DNA of 64,000 nucleotides from IMG/VR virus record IMGVR_UViG_3300017917_001342, positions 372,001 to 436,000 of that record; one strand, 5' to 3'. Position 1 is the first letter of the stretch. Each line of letters opens with the position of its first letter. Shown here piece by piece: positions 19,768 to 29,276 of the stretch. The notes beneath the pieces were generated by a model, which was not told where the DNA came from, ran no database searches, and saw only the letters and a list, made by a program, of their open reading frames with translations. The position numbers and the translations under genes were made by a program.

Positions 19768-19805
19768 GACATTAATACCTTATCATTAGACAAAGTGGAG
19801 TGAGC

Positions 19806-20396
19806 ATGATAATCGGTATATGTGGCCTCATCGGCAGTGGAAAAGGCACAGTTGCAGACATTCTAATTGACGAGCAAGGCTTTAAAAAAGTAAGTTTCGC
19901 AGACAGTTTGAAGGATGCAGTGTCATTAGTTTTCAATTGGCCTAGACATCTCTTAGAAGGCGATACCCCCGAAAGCAGAGAATGGCGAGAAAAAATTGAT
20001 AAATGGTGGGCAAATAGGTTAAACATCCCACATCTTTCTCCAAGGTGGGTTCTGCAATATTGGGGGACAGATGTTTGTCGTAATGGATTTCATCAGGACA
20101 TTTGGATCGCTAGTCTTGAACGCAAAATATTAAGCGAACCGGGTAACTATGTTATACCGGATACTAGATTTCCAAACGAAATAGAAATTATACAGAGATT
20201 GGGCGGCAAAGTGTGGAAAATTAAACGCGGCGAAGATCCAGACTGGTTGATCAATTATCAACTAACACATGTAGAACCAATCAACATTCACCCAAGTGAA
20301 TACATGTGGACGCTCAGTAATTTTGACACTGTATTATCAAATAACGGATCTATCGAAGATCTACGACACATAGTGAAACAAAATATAAAACAATGA
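19806..20396 (+). CDS. Deoxynucleoside monophosphate kinase (T4 gp1-like)
   Basis: IIGICGLIGSGKGT P-loop, SFADSLKD, LQYWGT, DTRFPNE. GGAG at 19797-19800 favours ATG 19806. Confidence 0.88.
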   Translation: MIIGICGLIGSGKGTVADILIDEQGFKKVSFADSLKDAVSLVFNWPRHLLEGDTPESREWREKIDKWWANRLNIPHLSPRWVLQYWGTDVCRNGFHQDIWIASLERKILSEPGNYVIPDTRFPNEIEIIQRLGGKVWKIKRGEDPDWLINYQLTHVEPINIHPSEYMWTLSNFDTVLSNNGSIEDLRHIVKQNIKQ

Positions 20397-20983
20397 CACA
20401 AAATAATCATATTATATTAGGAGACGGTACAACTGGTACTGTTAACGCACTAGCTATTGAAAATGCAAAAATTGCAGGGCACGAAGTTGGCTTACTAACG
20501 TATCCAGGTATTGGACTAAGTGATTCTATTCCAAATGTGTACGAATTAGATTTAGATAACCTCAAAGATTCAAACAAATATCTTATGAGAGCAAACAAAA
20601 GCATGCATAGGTCATTACCTAGACAACAAATGGCACAGGACAATGCACTACGTAGAGATCACTGGATTGTCAAATGGGTACACACTGTTTATATAACAGG
20701 GGTTTTTACGCAAGATGCAAGTCTATTGAAAATCAATACAGATGTTGCATGGGCAGCACAGATGTATGTAGATAGGTTTATCTACGATCAAGAACCACTA
20801 GAGCTATGCCAACTCTACATGTTTGACAGCAAAAGTGAAGCATGGTGGCGTTGGGAAAAACAATGGTCGAGAGTTTCTAGTGTTCCTCATGCCGCAGGTG
20901 TGTATACTGTACTTGGTTATGATAAACCAACTACTGCTACTAAAATTGCAATAAAAGACCTTTGGCCCGATATTAACCGATAA
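20393..20983 (+). CDS. Hypothetical protein, possibly degenerate SLOG/DprA-like fold
   Basis: LRRDHWIVKWVHTVY...VAWAAQM...LYMFD resembles phage/giant-virus SLOG-like proteins. Recalled resemblance only. Confidence 0.3.
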   Translation: MTQNNHIILGDGTTGTVNALAIENAKIAGHEVGLLTYPGIGLSDSIPNVYELDLDNLKDSNKYLMRANKSMHRSLPRQQMAQDNALRRDHWIVKWVHTVYITGVFTQDASLLKINTDVAWAAQMYVDRFIYDQEPLELCQLYMFDSKSEAWWRWEKQWSRVSSVPHAAGVYTVLGYDKPTTATKIAIKDLWPDINR

Positions 20984-21725
20984 TAATTCCAAGCGGCATA
21001 GAATTGTCGATGTAGAGATCTAGATCGCGTTCTAGCTTTTCCATTGCAGCAGCAGCTTCGGTTTTCAGTGCATCACCCTTGAGAGTAGTACCGCCCTGTG
21101 GACCTACAATGCTTTGATATTTGCTGTATGCTTCACCTAACATGCGTTTACACCATGCCAGTGTGTAATCGCGTATCCAAGGTCTTGCAAATGGATCTGA
21201 AATGATAACGTCATCTGGTCTATAGTTGTAGCACCAAATCAATATCATTTCATTGCCGCTAGGTCTACGAACTATGCTTAGACGTTTTGTAACAACGTCA
21301 TAGGTAAAGTTAATATCACGACCAAACATACGGCCTGCTTGATCTAGATATTCGTAAAACAATTCATAAGTTAATAGACCCGCTGTGTATCCACCGCCAG
21401 CACCAGCTTGCAACAAATAAAGGTTAGTATATGCTAAACTGAATGGGTCAATCTGTGTACCACCTGTTATACCGCCTAGACCGCGTCTAAACAATTGACG
21501 CACAGAAGTAACGTTGTCTGGCAAATAATAGTCAGTGATGTTTTCTTCTAAGCGAAGAAACATATAAGATTCTTCTTGTGCATTACCAGAGCGTTGTCTG
21601 TATCTGTCAAATGCAAGATTAAGTGCAGTTGTGTAGTGATCAGGATCAAGTTCTATATCAACCATGCCACCACCCAGCATGAGTTGAACTTCTTTAATAA
21701 TTTGCTGTCTTAACGGAGTTGTCAT
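20973..21725 (-). CDS. gp13: Neck/head-tail adaptor (T4 gp13-like)
   Basis: LMLGGGMVDIELDPDHY, LGEAYSKYQSIVGPQGGTTLKG. SD GAGG and a promoter overlapping 21743 favour start 21725. Confidence 0.8.
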   Translation of the reverse strand: MTTPLRQQIIKEVQLMLGGGMVDIELDPDHYTTALNLAFDRYRQRSGNAQEESYMFLRLEENITDYYLPDNVTSVRQLFRRGLGGITGGTQIDPFSLAYTNLYLLQAGAGGGYTAGLLTYELFYEYLDQAGRMFGRDINFTYDVVTKRLSIVRRPSGNEMILIWCYNYRPDDVIISDPFARPWIRDYTLAWCKRMLGEAYSKYQSIVGPQGGTTLKGDALKTEAAAAMEKLERDLDLYIDNSMPLGIIIG

Positions 21726-21742
21726 AGTTGTTACCTCACTCA

Positions 21743-21749
21743 TATTTAT
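21743..21749 (-). promoter_or_regulatory. Late promoter ATAAATA (gp13)
   Basis: 18 nt upstream of ATG 21725. Confidence 0.6.
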
Positions 21750-21768
21750 TGAGTAAGGTAACAGAAAT

Positions 21769-22830
21769 TTATTTAAACACTTTGAGCAACAGCATGTCTT
21801 TGCTCATTCTACCATTTACTTCGTGATTTTTACCTTTGATGTCCTCAAAGATTACATCTATACGTCTGGTAGTTACTGCACTACGCAGCGAAGGCAGTAT
21901 ATCGTTTGGTTTACGAAGTGTTTTAGCAAAACTGCGCTGTTCGTCATAGTCTACAATTTTTGTGTTTTTGATACCAAGCACACTGTTAGGTTTGGCATAG
22001 TAGACCATAACCTTTCTGTCTTTTGCATTATAGATAATTGCAATAGTAGAACTTGGAATCATAGCAGGGCTAAGACTTGCAACACCAGTGTCCATATCAA
22101 CTGTCTTAAGTTTCACCTTTGACGCTTGCCTGACACTTTTGTTAGATGCACCCCTGCTATCTCTGATAGCCTTAGCGTTGCCTGTGCTGGTAGCAAGTAT
22201 GTTTACCACAGTGATAAGCGGTTCTAGTTTCTCTGCCGAGAAAGGATTAAGCCTGTCTTTTGACGCATCATCAAAGTTACCTTTGAAATGATCATAAAGA
22301 CGCTTTAGCATCTGCTGATTAGGTGTTGACTGCTTAAGCAGTTTGGTTACTCGTGTTTCAATTTCTTCTTGATTGTCCTTGAACTTCCACCAGATTGCTT
22401 CGATGTTACTGTAAAGCTGCATATATTCAATGTTGCGCTTTTGTGTAATACCAAGTTTACGTTCTAGTTCTTCGTCGTCGTCACCTGCATCTACTTCAAG
22501 TAGCTCTAGAAGTTTGTTGTTGAACCATGTAGATACAGAATCGGGCATCACTGCACCATGTTCAACTGCCCATGCAATTTTGCCAATTGTAGCATATTGC
22601 CATGTGTCGAGCAGTTGCCAGTGACCAAGTTCTTCTTGTGGCCTGTTTACAGATGCCCAATTAACAAAACTTTCTTTAAGTGTTGTATAATCAACATCAA
22701 GTCTTGCATCATCCATGCACAGTTGCCATGCACGCATGTAATGCGGATTGTCTGGTGTTACATGACTGTAATCGGGGCCTTTGGGCTTGGCCCGAACAGC
22801 ATTGCGAGGTGTTTCAATTATATCATCCAT
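21769..22830 (-). CDS. Conserved T4-like phage hypothetical protein
   Basis: 353-aa ORF. C-terminal SFAKTLRKP...NGRMSKDMLLLKVF resembles a conserved T4-like family. Confidence 0.55.
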   Translation of the reverse strand: MDDIIETPRNAVRAKPKGPDYSHVTPDNPHYMRAWQLCMDDARLDVDYTTLKESFVNWASVNRPQEELGHWQLLDTWQYATIGKIAWAVEHGAVMPDSVSTWFNNKLLELLEVDAGDDDEELERKLGITQKRNIEYMQLYSNIEAIWWKFKDNQEEIETRVTKLLKQSTPNQQMLKRLYDHFKGNFDDASKDRLNPFSAEKLEPLITVVNILATSTGNAKAIRDSRGASNKSVRQASKVKLKTVDMDTGVASLSPAMIPSSTIAIIYNAKDRKVMVYYAKPNSVLGIKNTKIVDYDEQRSFAKTLRKPNDILPSLRSAVTTRRIDVIFEDIKGKNHEVNGRMSKDMLLLKVFK

Positions 22831-22836
22831 AGTTAC

Positions 22837-22864
22837 ATACTAACATCAACACAGCGATTGTCAA
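22837..22864 (-). promoter_or_regulatory. sigma70-like promoter TTGACA-N16-TAGTAT giving a probably leaderless mRNA
   Basis: The -10 hexamer ends 6 nt before ATG 22830 and there is no SD. Confidence 0.55.
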
Positions 22865-22933
22865 CGCATTTAATGGGGTTTTGTAAAATTTTCTACTTTA
22901 AATTCAATGGATAAGATCTATACCGATGCACCA

Positions 22934-22940
22934 CTAAATA
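22934..22940 (+). promoter_or_regulatory. Late promoter CTAAATA (gp14)
   Basis: Upstream of GGAGG SD and GTG 22968. Confidence 0.65.
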
Positions 22941-22967
22941 ATTGGTATACTTCGGAGGAATAATAAC

Positions 22968-24140
22968 GTGCCACCATTGATGTTATGGAAAGGTCCGGCT
23001 GTACGAACAAACGACTATAAGCTGTTTGATAGACTTATAGGAGAACGATATCGTATAGGTGGTACAGAATTCTACATTCACAAATATCTAGGACCGATAC
23101 CTCAAGGTAACACGGGTGACTTATCACAACCAAACACTGCACTAAATGCTGCAAATAACAATGAAAGCAACGTTCTTGAAATTCAAGATGTGCTTAATAT
23201 GGAAATACGTAACAGAAAATACAGTGACGACGTATTCAGTCTAATGGGACACTATCAAATCAGTGACACTGAATTTGATTTACGACAGTTTGGTTTGTTC
23301 TTATCTAACAGCACAGTGTTTATAACCTTTCATTTAAATGACATGGTTAACAGCATAGGTCGCACACTTATGAGTGGTGATGTTATAGAAATACCTCACC
23401 GAAGAGATGACCTAGCATTAGGTGATTTCAGTTTATCTAAGTATTACATTGTGCAAGAAGGTTCAAGACCTGCAGAAGGTTATAGTCCAACATGGTGGCC
23501 TCACATTTGGCGTGTTAAATGTGATCCTATGCCAGACAGTGAGGAGTTTAGAGACATATTGCAAAAACCTGCTACAGATCTCAATGGTGATCCGTTGGTA
23601 AATCCCAATGGTACTGGTACTCTTACACTTGCAGACATTCTCAGTACATACAACAGAGAAATACAAATCAACGATCAAATTCTTGCACAAGCAGAAAAAG
23701 AAGTACCGTTTAAAAACCTACAGGGTCAACAGTTCTATGTGCTTGCAGGAGATTTAAACGACCCTGTTACAATCTGGGCAGGCGACGGTATACCACCTAA
23801 CCAAAGCAAACCTGTTGCAACTGGAGTTACATTCCCACCAGGTGCACCTGCTGGTTCGTGGCTATTGAGAATAGACTATAATCCGCCACAGTTATATGAG
23901 AGAATTAGATTGCCAAACGACAGTTCACCGACTGATAATACACCAAGACCAAATGACAGATACGTTTGGAAATTGCATGAAATAGATTATAGAACCAGTT
24001 GGCATCCAGCTAATACTGTTCTAACCGGATTTATAAATAACGCAACAACTGAAACTACCCTGCAAGACGGATCAGTTGTACCACAGCGTCAAAACATAAG
24101 AACTGTAGTTAAAGCAAAACTAGATCCTGACATCATTTAA
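22968..24140 (+). CDS. gp14: Neck/head completion protein (T4 gp14-like)
   Basis: FDLRQFGLFL...FITFH, LMSGDVIE.PH, WWPHIWRVKC. Position in the neck module. Confidence 0.7.
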   Translation: MPPLMLWKGPAVRTNDYKLFDRLIGERYRIGGTEFYIHKYLGPIPQGNTGDLSQPNTALNAANNNESNVLEIQDVLNMEIRNRKYSDDVFSLMGHYQISDTEFDLRQFGLFLSNSTVFITFHLNDMVNSIGRTLMSGDVIEIPHRRDDLALGDFSLSKYYIVQEGSRPAEGYSPTWWPHIWRVKCDPMPDSEEFRDILQKPATDLNGDPLVNPNGTGTLTLADILSTYNREIQINDQILAQAEKEVPFKNLQGQQFYVLAGDLNDPVTIWAGDGIPPNQSKPVATGVTFPPGAPAGSWLLRIDYNPPQLYERIRLPNDSSPTDNTPRPNDRYVWKLHEIDYRTSWHPANTVLTGFINNATTETTLQDGSVVPQRQNIRTVVKAKLDPDII

Positions 24141-24154
24141 TCGGAGTTCGCACA

Positions 24155-24769
24155 ATGGTAACAAAAGAACAACTTCTTAAGATGTTTCCTAAAATCACCA
24201 AAGCAACTCTTGATGAAATATGGCAACCTCTAAATGATGCAATGGCTGAATTTGGTATAGACACTCCTGCAAGAAAAGCAATGTTTCTTGCACAGTGCGC
24301 ACATGAAAGTGCTATGTTTAGTAGGGTGACAGAAAACTTAAATTACAGAGCAGAAACACTACTCAAAGTATTCCCAAAATATTACAAAACTCTAAACGAA
24401 GCTGTTGCAGATGCTAGAAAACCTGAACGAATTGCCAACCGAGTTTACAGCAGTAGAATGGGCAACGGCGATGCTAATTCTGGTGACGGTTATCGTTATA
24501 GAGGTCGTGGCCTTATACAGCTTACTGGTAAAAACAACTACACCGAGTGTAGCAAAGGTCTTAATATAGATCTAATCAAAACACCAGAATACTTAGAAAC
24601 TGCTGTGGGTGCTAGTCGATCAGCAGCATGGTTTTGGTCGCATAACGGACTTAATAAATTTGCAGACGCAGGTGATATTCTAGGTGCTACTAAACGTATA
24701 AATGGTGGAACCATTGGGTTAGAAGAAAGAATCGAACTGTATAAAATTGCAAAATCAGTCTTGATTTGA
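24155..24769 (+). CDS. GH19 chitinase-like endolysin
   Basis: FLAQCAHES, ENLNY, YRGRGLIQLTGKNNY, TKRINGG. Confidence 0.9.
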   Translation: MVTKEQLLKMFPKITKATLDEIWQPLNDAMAEFGIDTPARKAMFLAQCAHESAMFSRVTENLNYRAETLLKVFPKYYKTLNEAVADARKPERIANRVYSSRMGNGDANSGDGYRYRGRGLIQLTGKNNYTECSKGLNIDLIKTPEYLETAVGASRSAAWFWSHNGLNKFADAGDILGATKRINGGTIGLEERIELYKIAKSVLI

Positions 24770-24934
24770 TTTGTTTTTTACAATCTCAGCAATGTCTAAT
24801 ACACGTTCTTGTTCTATAATTTCTATTATTTTGTTAGTAACTGTTATTTCATGCTGTACTGTTTTTAACTTAGACATTAGCTTTTCTAATTCTGCATGAT
24901 AAAACGCCAACTCTTCTTCCTTGCGTCGGCGCAT
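24755..24934 (-). CDS. Small coiled-coil hypothetical protein
   Basis: MRRRKEEELAFYHAELEKL... ORF downstream of a late promoter at 24999-25005. Start uncertain. Confidence 0.45.
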   Translation of the reverse strand: MRRRKEEELAFYHAELEKLMSKLKTVQHEITVTNKIIEIIEQERVLDIAEIVKNKSNQD

Positions 24935-24998
24935 GTTATAGATATCGTTTAATAATATCAATTTAGCAGTCAGTGTAGTACTCCATTGTATTACTGAG

Positions 24999-25016
24999 TA
25001 TTTATTACCATAAATA
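24999..25016. promoter_or_regulatory. Back-to-back divergent late promoters TATTTAT-TACC-ATAAATA
   Basis: Perfect inverted 7-mer pair between two divergent genes. Confidence 0.6.
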
Positions 25017-25034
25017 TCAGACAGAGGATGTCGC

Positions 25035-26684
25035 ATGGAATATTGGTATACAGAACAATTACGAAATTATAGATTGCAATTCATACGTGCATTTAGCAAT
25101 TTCTATTATAAAACTGGAAAAAATGCAGATGGTACCGAAGCATTGGTACGAGTTCCGTGTCGATACGGCGACCCGACACGTATTGCCGAAATGGTAGTCA
25201 GAGGCAATAGTGAAAACAAAGTTCTCACTGTGCCATTTCTGACTTGTTACATCGGCGGAATGAGCATGAGTGCTAATCGTAGACAAGCACCTCAACTAAC
25301 TGAACTTATTCAAGTAGATGAACGTGAATATGACGAAAACAATCAGCAGTATCTAAACACGCCGGGTAACCGTTATACAATAGAACGTTACATGCCAGTA
25401 CCGTATGTAATGACAATGCTTGTAGATCTATGGTCTAATAACGAAAGTGTTAAAGAACAAATTATCGAACAGATAATGGTACTTTATAACCCTGCTATTG
25501 AAATACAGACCAGTAACAACCCATTAGACTGGACTGTGTTAAGTTATATCGAAATGCAAGACAACATCACATGGACCAGTCGCAGTATACCAATCGGAAC
25601 TGAAAATCCAATTGATGTGTTGACTATGACTTTCAATTTCCCAATATGGATTAACCCACCTGCAAAAGTCAAAAGACAACAGATCATTGAAAATATTATT
25701 GCAACTATCATTGATGCAAATCCAAAAGATCCTGCAATCGTAGAATGGAGCGAATACGAATTTCTAAATAGAAAAACCTGGTCGCCCGGCGACTACAGTA
25801 TCGAGTTATCATGGCAAGGTAATAATACCTATGCATTGAGCTTAACCAGTCGCGCAGGGGATCCAAAAGATTACAGCAATCAGGCCACTGTTACATTTTC
25901 ATCAGTTAACCCAATATTGACACCAGGAACCAGTTTTAAATTTAATGACATTGTAATTAACGTAACAACCAGCAATGTATCAACGTTCGTAGATCAAACC
26001 GCAGCACAAATGGCGGGTACTAGCTACAACATACAATTGCAAAATTACAATCAGATCATGTTTATCAACAACACCGGTGGTGACAATAAGTTTGAAAATG
26101 TAAACGGTACACCTTTATCTCAAATGGGTCTATTGTCTGGTACATATCCAGGTGGTGATCTAGCTTGGTGGAGGTTGTTACTAACCTATGGTACACTACA
26201 GCCGTATTCGCAGTACGGTATCAACGCAAGTCAGCTAGCAGTTAAACTGACACTTGATAACACTACCGACCAAGCTATAGGTTGGTTAGACTATCATCCA
26301 ACTAATCAAAATCTCTTATTGTGGCATGTAGATCCAGAAAGTTTACCTAAAACTACGTTAACACCAATCAATGCTATAGTAAATCCGTTGACAAAAGGAC
26401 CGAACGCAGGCCTACCAGAAACAAACGTCGGCCAGCGATATCTGTTAACAGAAAAGCCAGCAGAATCCAGTGTTGCTTGGGATATTGTAAATGCTGAAGC
26501 GGATGATATTATAGAGTTCGACGGTACTGTGTGGTCAGTATCGTTTAATTCAGCAAATGCTAAAGACAAAGTTTATTTTGTTACAAATCTATTCACAGGA
26601 AAACTGTTAATATGGGATGGCACACAATGGAGCGAGTATATACTGCCAGCGTACCGTCCTGCATACTGGCGACTTGTTCTATAA
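25035..26684 (+). CDS. gp15: Tail sheath stabilizer/terminator (T4 gp15-like) with C-terminal extension
   Basis: LVRVPCRYGD, PVPY...DLWSNN...EQIMVLYNP, FNFPIWINPPAKVK. Confidence 0.8.
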   Translation: MEYWYTEQLRNYRLQFIRAFSNFYYKTGKNADGTEALVRVPCRYGDPTRIAEMVVRGNSENKVLTVPFLTCYIGGMSMSANRRQAPQLTELIQVDEREYDENNQQYLNTPGNRYTIERYMPVPYVMTMLVDLWSNNESVKEQIIEQIMVLYNPAIEIQTSNNPLDWTVLSYIEMQDNITWTSRSIPIGTENPIDVLTMTFNFPIWINPPAKVKRQQIIENIIATIIDANPKDPAIVEWSEYEFLNRKTWSPGDYSIELSWQGNNTYALSLTSRAGDPKDYSNQATVTFSSVNPILTPGTSFKFNDIVINVTTSNVSTFVDQTAAQMAGTSYNIQLQNYNQIMFINNTGGDNKFENVNGTPLSQMGLLSGTYPGGDLAWWRLLLTYGTLQPYSQYGINASQLAVKLTLDNTTDQAIGWLDYHPTNQNLLLWHVDPESLPKTTLTPINAIVNPLTKGPNAGLPETNVGQRYLLTEKPAESSVAWDIVNAEADDIIEFDGTVWSVSFNSANAKDKVYFVTNLFTGKLLIWDGTQWSEYILPAYRPAYWRLVL

Positions 26685-26687
26685 ATA
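26680..26687 (+). promoter_or_regulatory. Late promoter TATAAATA (full T4 consensus)
   Basis: Immediately upstream of in-frame ATG 26695. Confidence 0.6.
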
Positions 26688-26694
26688 TGTCATC

Positions 26695-27447
26695 ATGATA
26701 ACCGAGAAACTCGAAAAATTAAACATAGACAAACAACAGTTTGAACAGGTGTTTACACCTGAAGTACGCAAAGTCGCAGACACACTTGAAAAATATGGAT
26801 TTGAAATACGAGTAGTCGGCGGAGCAGTTAGAGATTTTATCATGGGTAAACAGCCTAGAGATATAGATTTCGCAACTGATGCAGATCCCAGTGAAATCAT
26901 CTATATTTTTAATTTAGAAGGTATCGAGCACGACGACTGGGGAATCGGTCATGGCACAGTAAAAGCAGTGTTTGGCGACGACAAAGTAGATGTAACCAGT
27001 ATTGCATACAAACTAGAAGTTAAAGACGGCAAGGTTAGGATCATACGCGGTCAGGATTGGGAACAAGATGCACTGCATCGCGACCTAACTATGAACAGTA
27101 TGAGTATAGATCGCAACGGTACTCTATATGATTATACAGATGGTCTTCGCGACATTCGCAACAACACAGTGCAGATGAATGAAATAACTAGAAGCCGTTT
27201 ATCAGAAGATCCGCATTTGATCATGCGCTGGTTTAAAGCACTAGGACAGTTTCCAAAAGCCAAATGGCCTAAAGAAGATTTCAATGCTATCAAAGCAAAC
27301 ATTCCAGCATTGGAAAAAATCAAAGACGAAGAAAAAACCGACAGAGAACTAAGTGGTATTATGACTACTAAACACGGCTTGCGCATTTTAGAATTGATGT
27401 GTAAAATGGGTGTAGGCAAATATCTCGGAATAGATTGCAATCTGTGA
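26695..27447 (+). CDS. Class II nucleotidyltransferase (CCA-adding/poly(A) polymerase family), short, non-canonical
   Basis: VVGGAVRD, RDIDFATD, RDLTMNS, LYDYTDGLRD, EDPHLIMR. Confidence 0.85.
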   Translation: MITEKLEKLNIDKQQFEQVFTPEVRKVADTLEKYGFEIRVVGGAVRDFIMGKQPRDIDFATDADPSEIIYIFNLEGIEHDDWGIGHGTVKAVFGDDKVDVTSIAYKLEVKDGKVRIIRGQDWEQDALHRDLTMNSMSIDRNGTLYDYTDGLRDIRNNTVQMNEITRSRLSEDPHLIMRWFKALGQFPKAKWPKEDFNAIKANIPALEKIKDEEKTDRELSGIMTTKHGLRILELMCKMGVGKYLGIDCNL

Positions 27448-27463
27448 TAAGACACAGCACAAT

Positions 27464-28321
27464 TTGTGCATGTCAAAAGACCTCATAATCGGTTGTTTTA
27501 CCAACTACAACTGGAATAAAATAAAATTCTGGGTTAACAGCATAGACGCTAGTGGATTCACTGGCGACAAAGCTATGATTGTTTATAATTGCGATATACA
27601 AACTGCGCAAACACTAGCAAATCGCAATTTTAAAATCATGGCTTTTAATCAAGATAAAAATACAGGTAACTTATTCTATGATCAGCAATTGATAATTGTT
27701 GTAGAGAGATTTCTGCACCTGTGGCAATTCATAAGCAGATTAACGGAAGAAACTGCTTACAGGTATGTAATACACACAGACGTTAAGGACGTTGTATTCC
27801 AAACTAATCCAAGCGATTGGTTATCTGCAAACATGGGCGATGCTAAAATACTTGCAAGCTGCGAAAGCCTGCAATATCAACATGAGCCTTGGGGCAATGA
27901 AAACATGTATTACAGTTTCCCATGGCTCTATGACAAAATGAAATCACAGCCAATCTGGAATTGCGGAGTACAAGCTGGTGTACCTGAAACAATGAAAGAT
28001 CTTTGGATAAACATCTATTCGTTGTGTAAAGGTAATCGTGTACCAAATCCAGACCAGGCTGCATATAATGTGTTGTTAAATTTGGAACCATACAAAAGCA
28101 TTACTAAGTTTTCAATGAGCGAAAATGGTTGGGCTTGCCAAGCTGGTACAACAGTTGACCCGTCTAAAATAAATCAGTTCAAGCCGCATCTACTCGAAGC
28201 ACAACCTCTATGGAACGGCGATTGTGCAACAACTAGCACTGGTAAAATTCACGCAGTGTTACATCAGTACGATAGAATACCCACATGGAAATCAATAGTA
28301 GAAGCAAAATATGCAAATTAA
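27464..28321 (+). CDS. GT-A fold glycosyltransferase-like protein
   Basis: HTDVKDVVFQTNP, NCGVQAG, DQAAYN, LHQYDR. Start probably ATG 27470. Confidence 0.65.
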   Translation: MCMSKDLIIGCFTNYNWNKIKFWVNSIDASGFTGDKAMIVYNCDIQTAQTLANRNFKIMAFNQDKNTGNLFYDQQLIIVVERFLHLWQFISRLTEETAYRYVIHTDVKDVVFQTNPSDWLSANMGDAKILASCESLQYQHEPWGNENMYYSFPWLYDKMKSQPIWNCGVQAGVPETMKDLWINIYSLCKGNRVPNPDQAAYNVLLNLEPYKSITKFSMSENGWACQAGTTVDPSKINQFKPHLLEAQPLWNGDCATTSTGKIHAVLHQYDRIPTWKSIVEAKYAN

Positions 28322-29276
28322 TTTAGATGACTTATATCGTGCAACAGCACAAATGCTTGCATCTATACAACCACCAAATTTTAAGCCAGGACGTAGTATT
28401 GTAACCAGCGTATACGGCAAAGAAATTGCAAGCGGTTATGTTCTTATGCGAGAACTGGTACGACTTGGAGTTGAAATACCAATTGAAATATTTCATAGGC
28501 CTGGTGAGATTACTAGCGAACAAGCTGAGATTTTAAAACGCCCATCACCAAGCACTATCACTGTTAGAGAAATACAAGGCAACGCTAAAGATTTTACAAC
28601 ACCATATGGCACTAAAGCTGGATGGAGTACAAAAATTTATGCACTGTGGGAAAGCGAATATGCAGAAAATCTATGGTTAGATGCAGACAGTTTTCCAATA
28701 CAAAAACCTGAATTTTTATTTGATGACGTTGAATACCGTCAAAAAGGCAGTGTGTTTTGGCGCGATGTGTTTAGTACAGATCGTGCAAATCGCTATCATG
28801 ATGCTGCACCAATGTGGCGAGTTTTCGACGTTAGTCCAAACGACGGCGAACCGTTTGAAACAGGTCAGTTGTTGATAGATAAAATTCGCTGCTGGTCGCA
28901 GCTTAATCTAGTAAAACACTACGCAGACAACTGTGAAGTCTATTACAACTTTGGAGGTGATGCCGAGACATTTCGTATGGCATGGCAGCACATGCATTTG
29001 CGAGCAGGTAACACGTTGCAGTACATTAACTATCATACAGACCCAAATGTACCCTATGGCTTTATGCCATTTGGTCCGTTTCACAAAGGACATGCTAATC
29101 AGTATCGCAAATGGGGTGGTGGTACTGTAATGGTACAGCGTGACCGCAATGGCGCAGAATTGTTCAATCATCGTAATATGGAAAAATTCACTCTAGGTGA
29201 TAATCCATTTTATCGTGATATACAAAATGAAGAACTATACCACAAGCACATAGAAGATTTAAGGAAACTGGTATGA
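28311..29276 (+). CDS. GT71/MNN-like alpha-mannosyltransferase-family glycosyltransferase
   Basis: IPIEIF, LWLDADSFP, VFWRD, FETGQLLIDK, GDAETF. Confidence 0.7.
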   Translation: MQINLDDLYRATAQMLASIQPPNFKPGRSIVTSVYGKEIASGYVLMRELVRLGVEIPIEIFHRPGEITSEQAEILKRPSPSTITVREIQGNAKDFTTPYGTKAGWSTKIYALWESEYAENLWLDADSFPIQKPEFLFDDVEYRQKGSVFWRDVFSTDRANRYHDAAPMWRVFDVSPNDGEPFETGQLLIDKIRCWSQLNLVKHYADNCEVYYNFGGDAETFRMAWQHMHLRAGNTLQYINYHTDPNVPYGFMPFGPFHKGHANQYRKWGGGTVMVQRDRNGAELFNHRNMEKFTLGDNPFYRDIQNEELYHKHIEDLRKLV

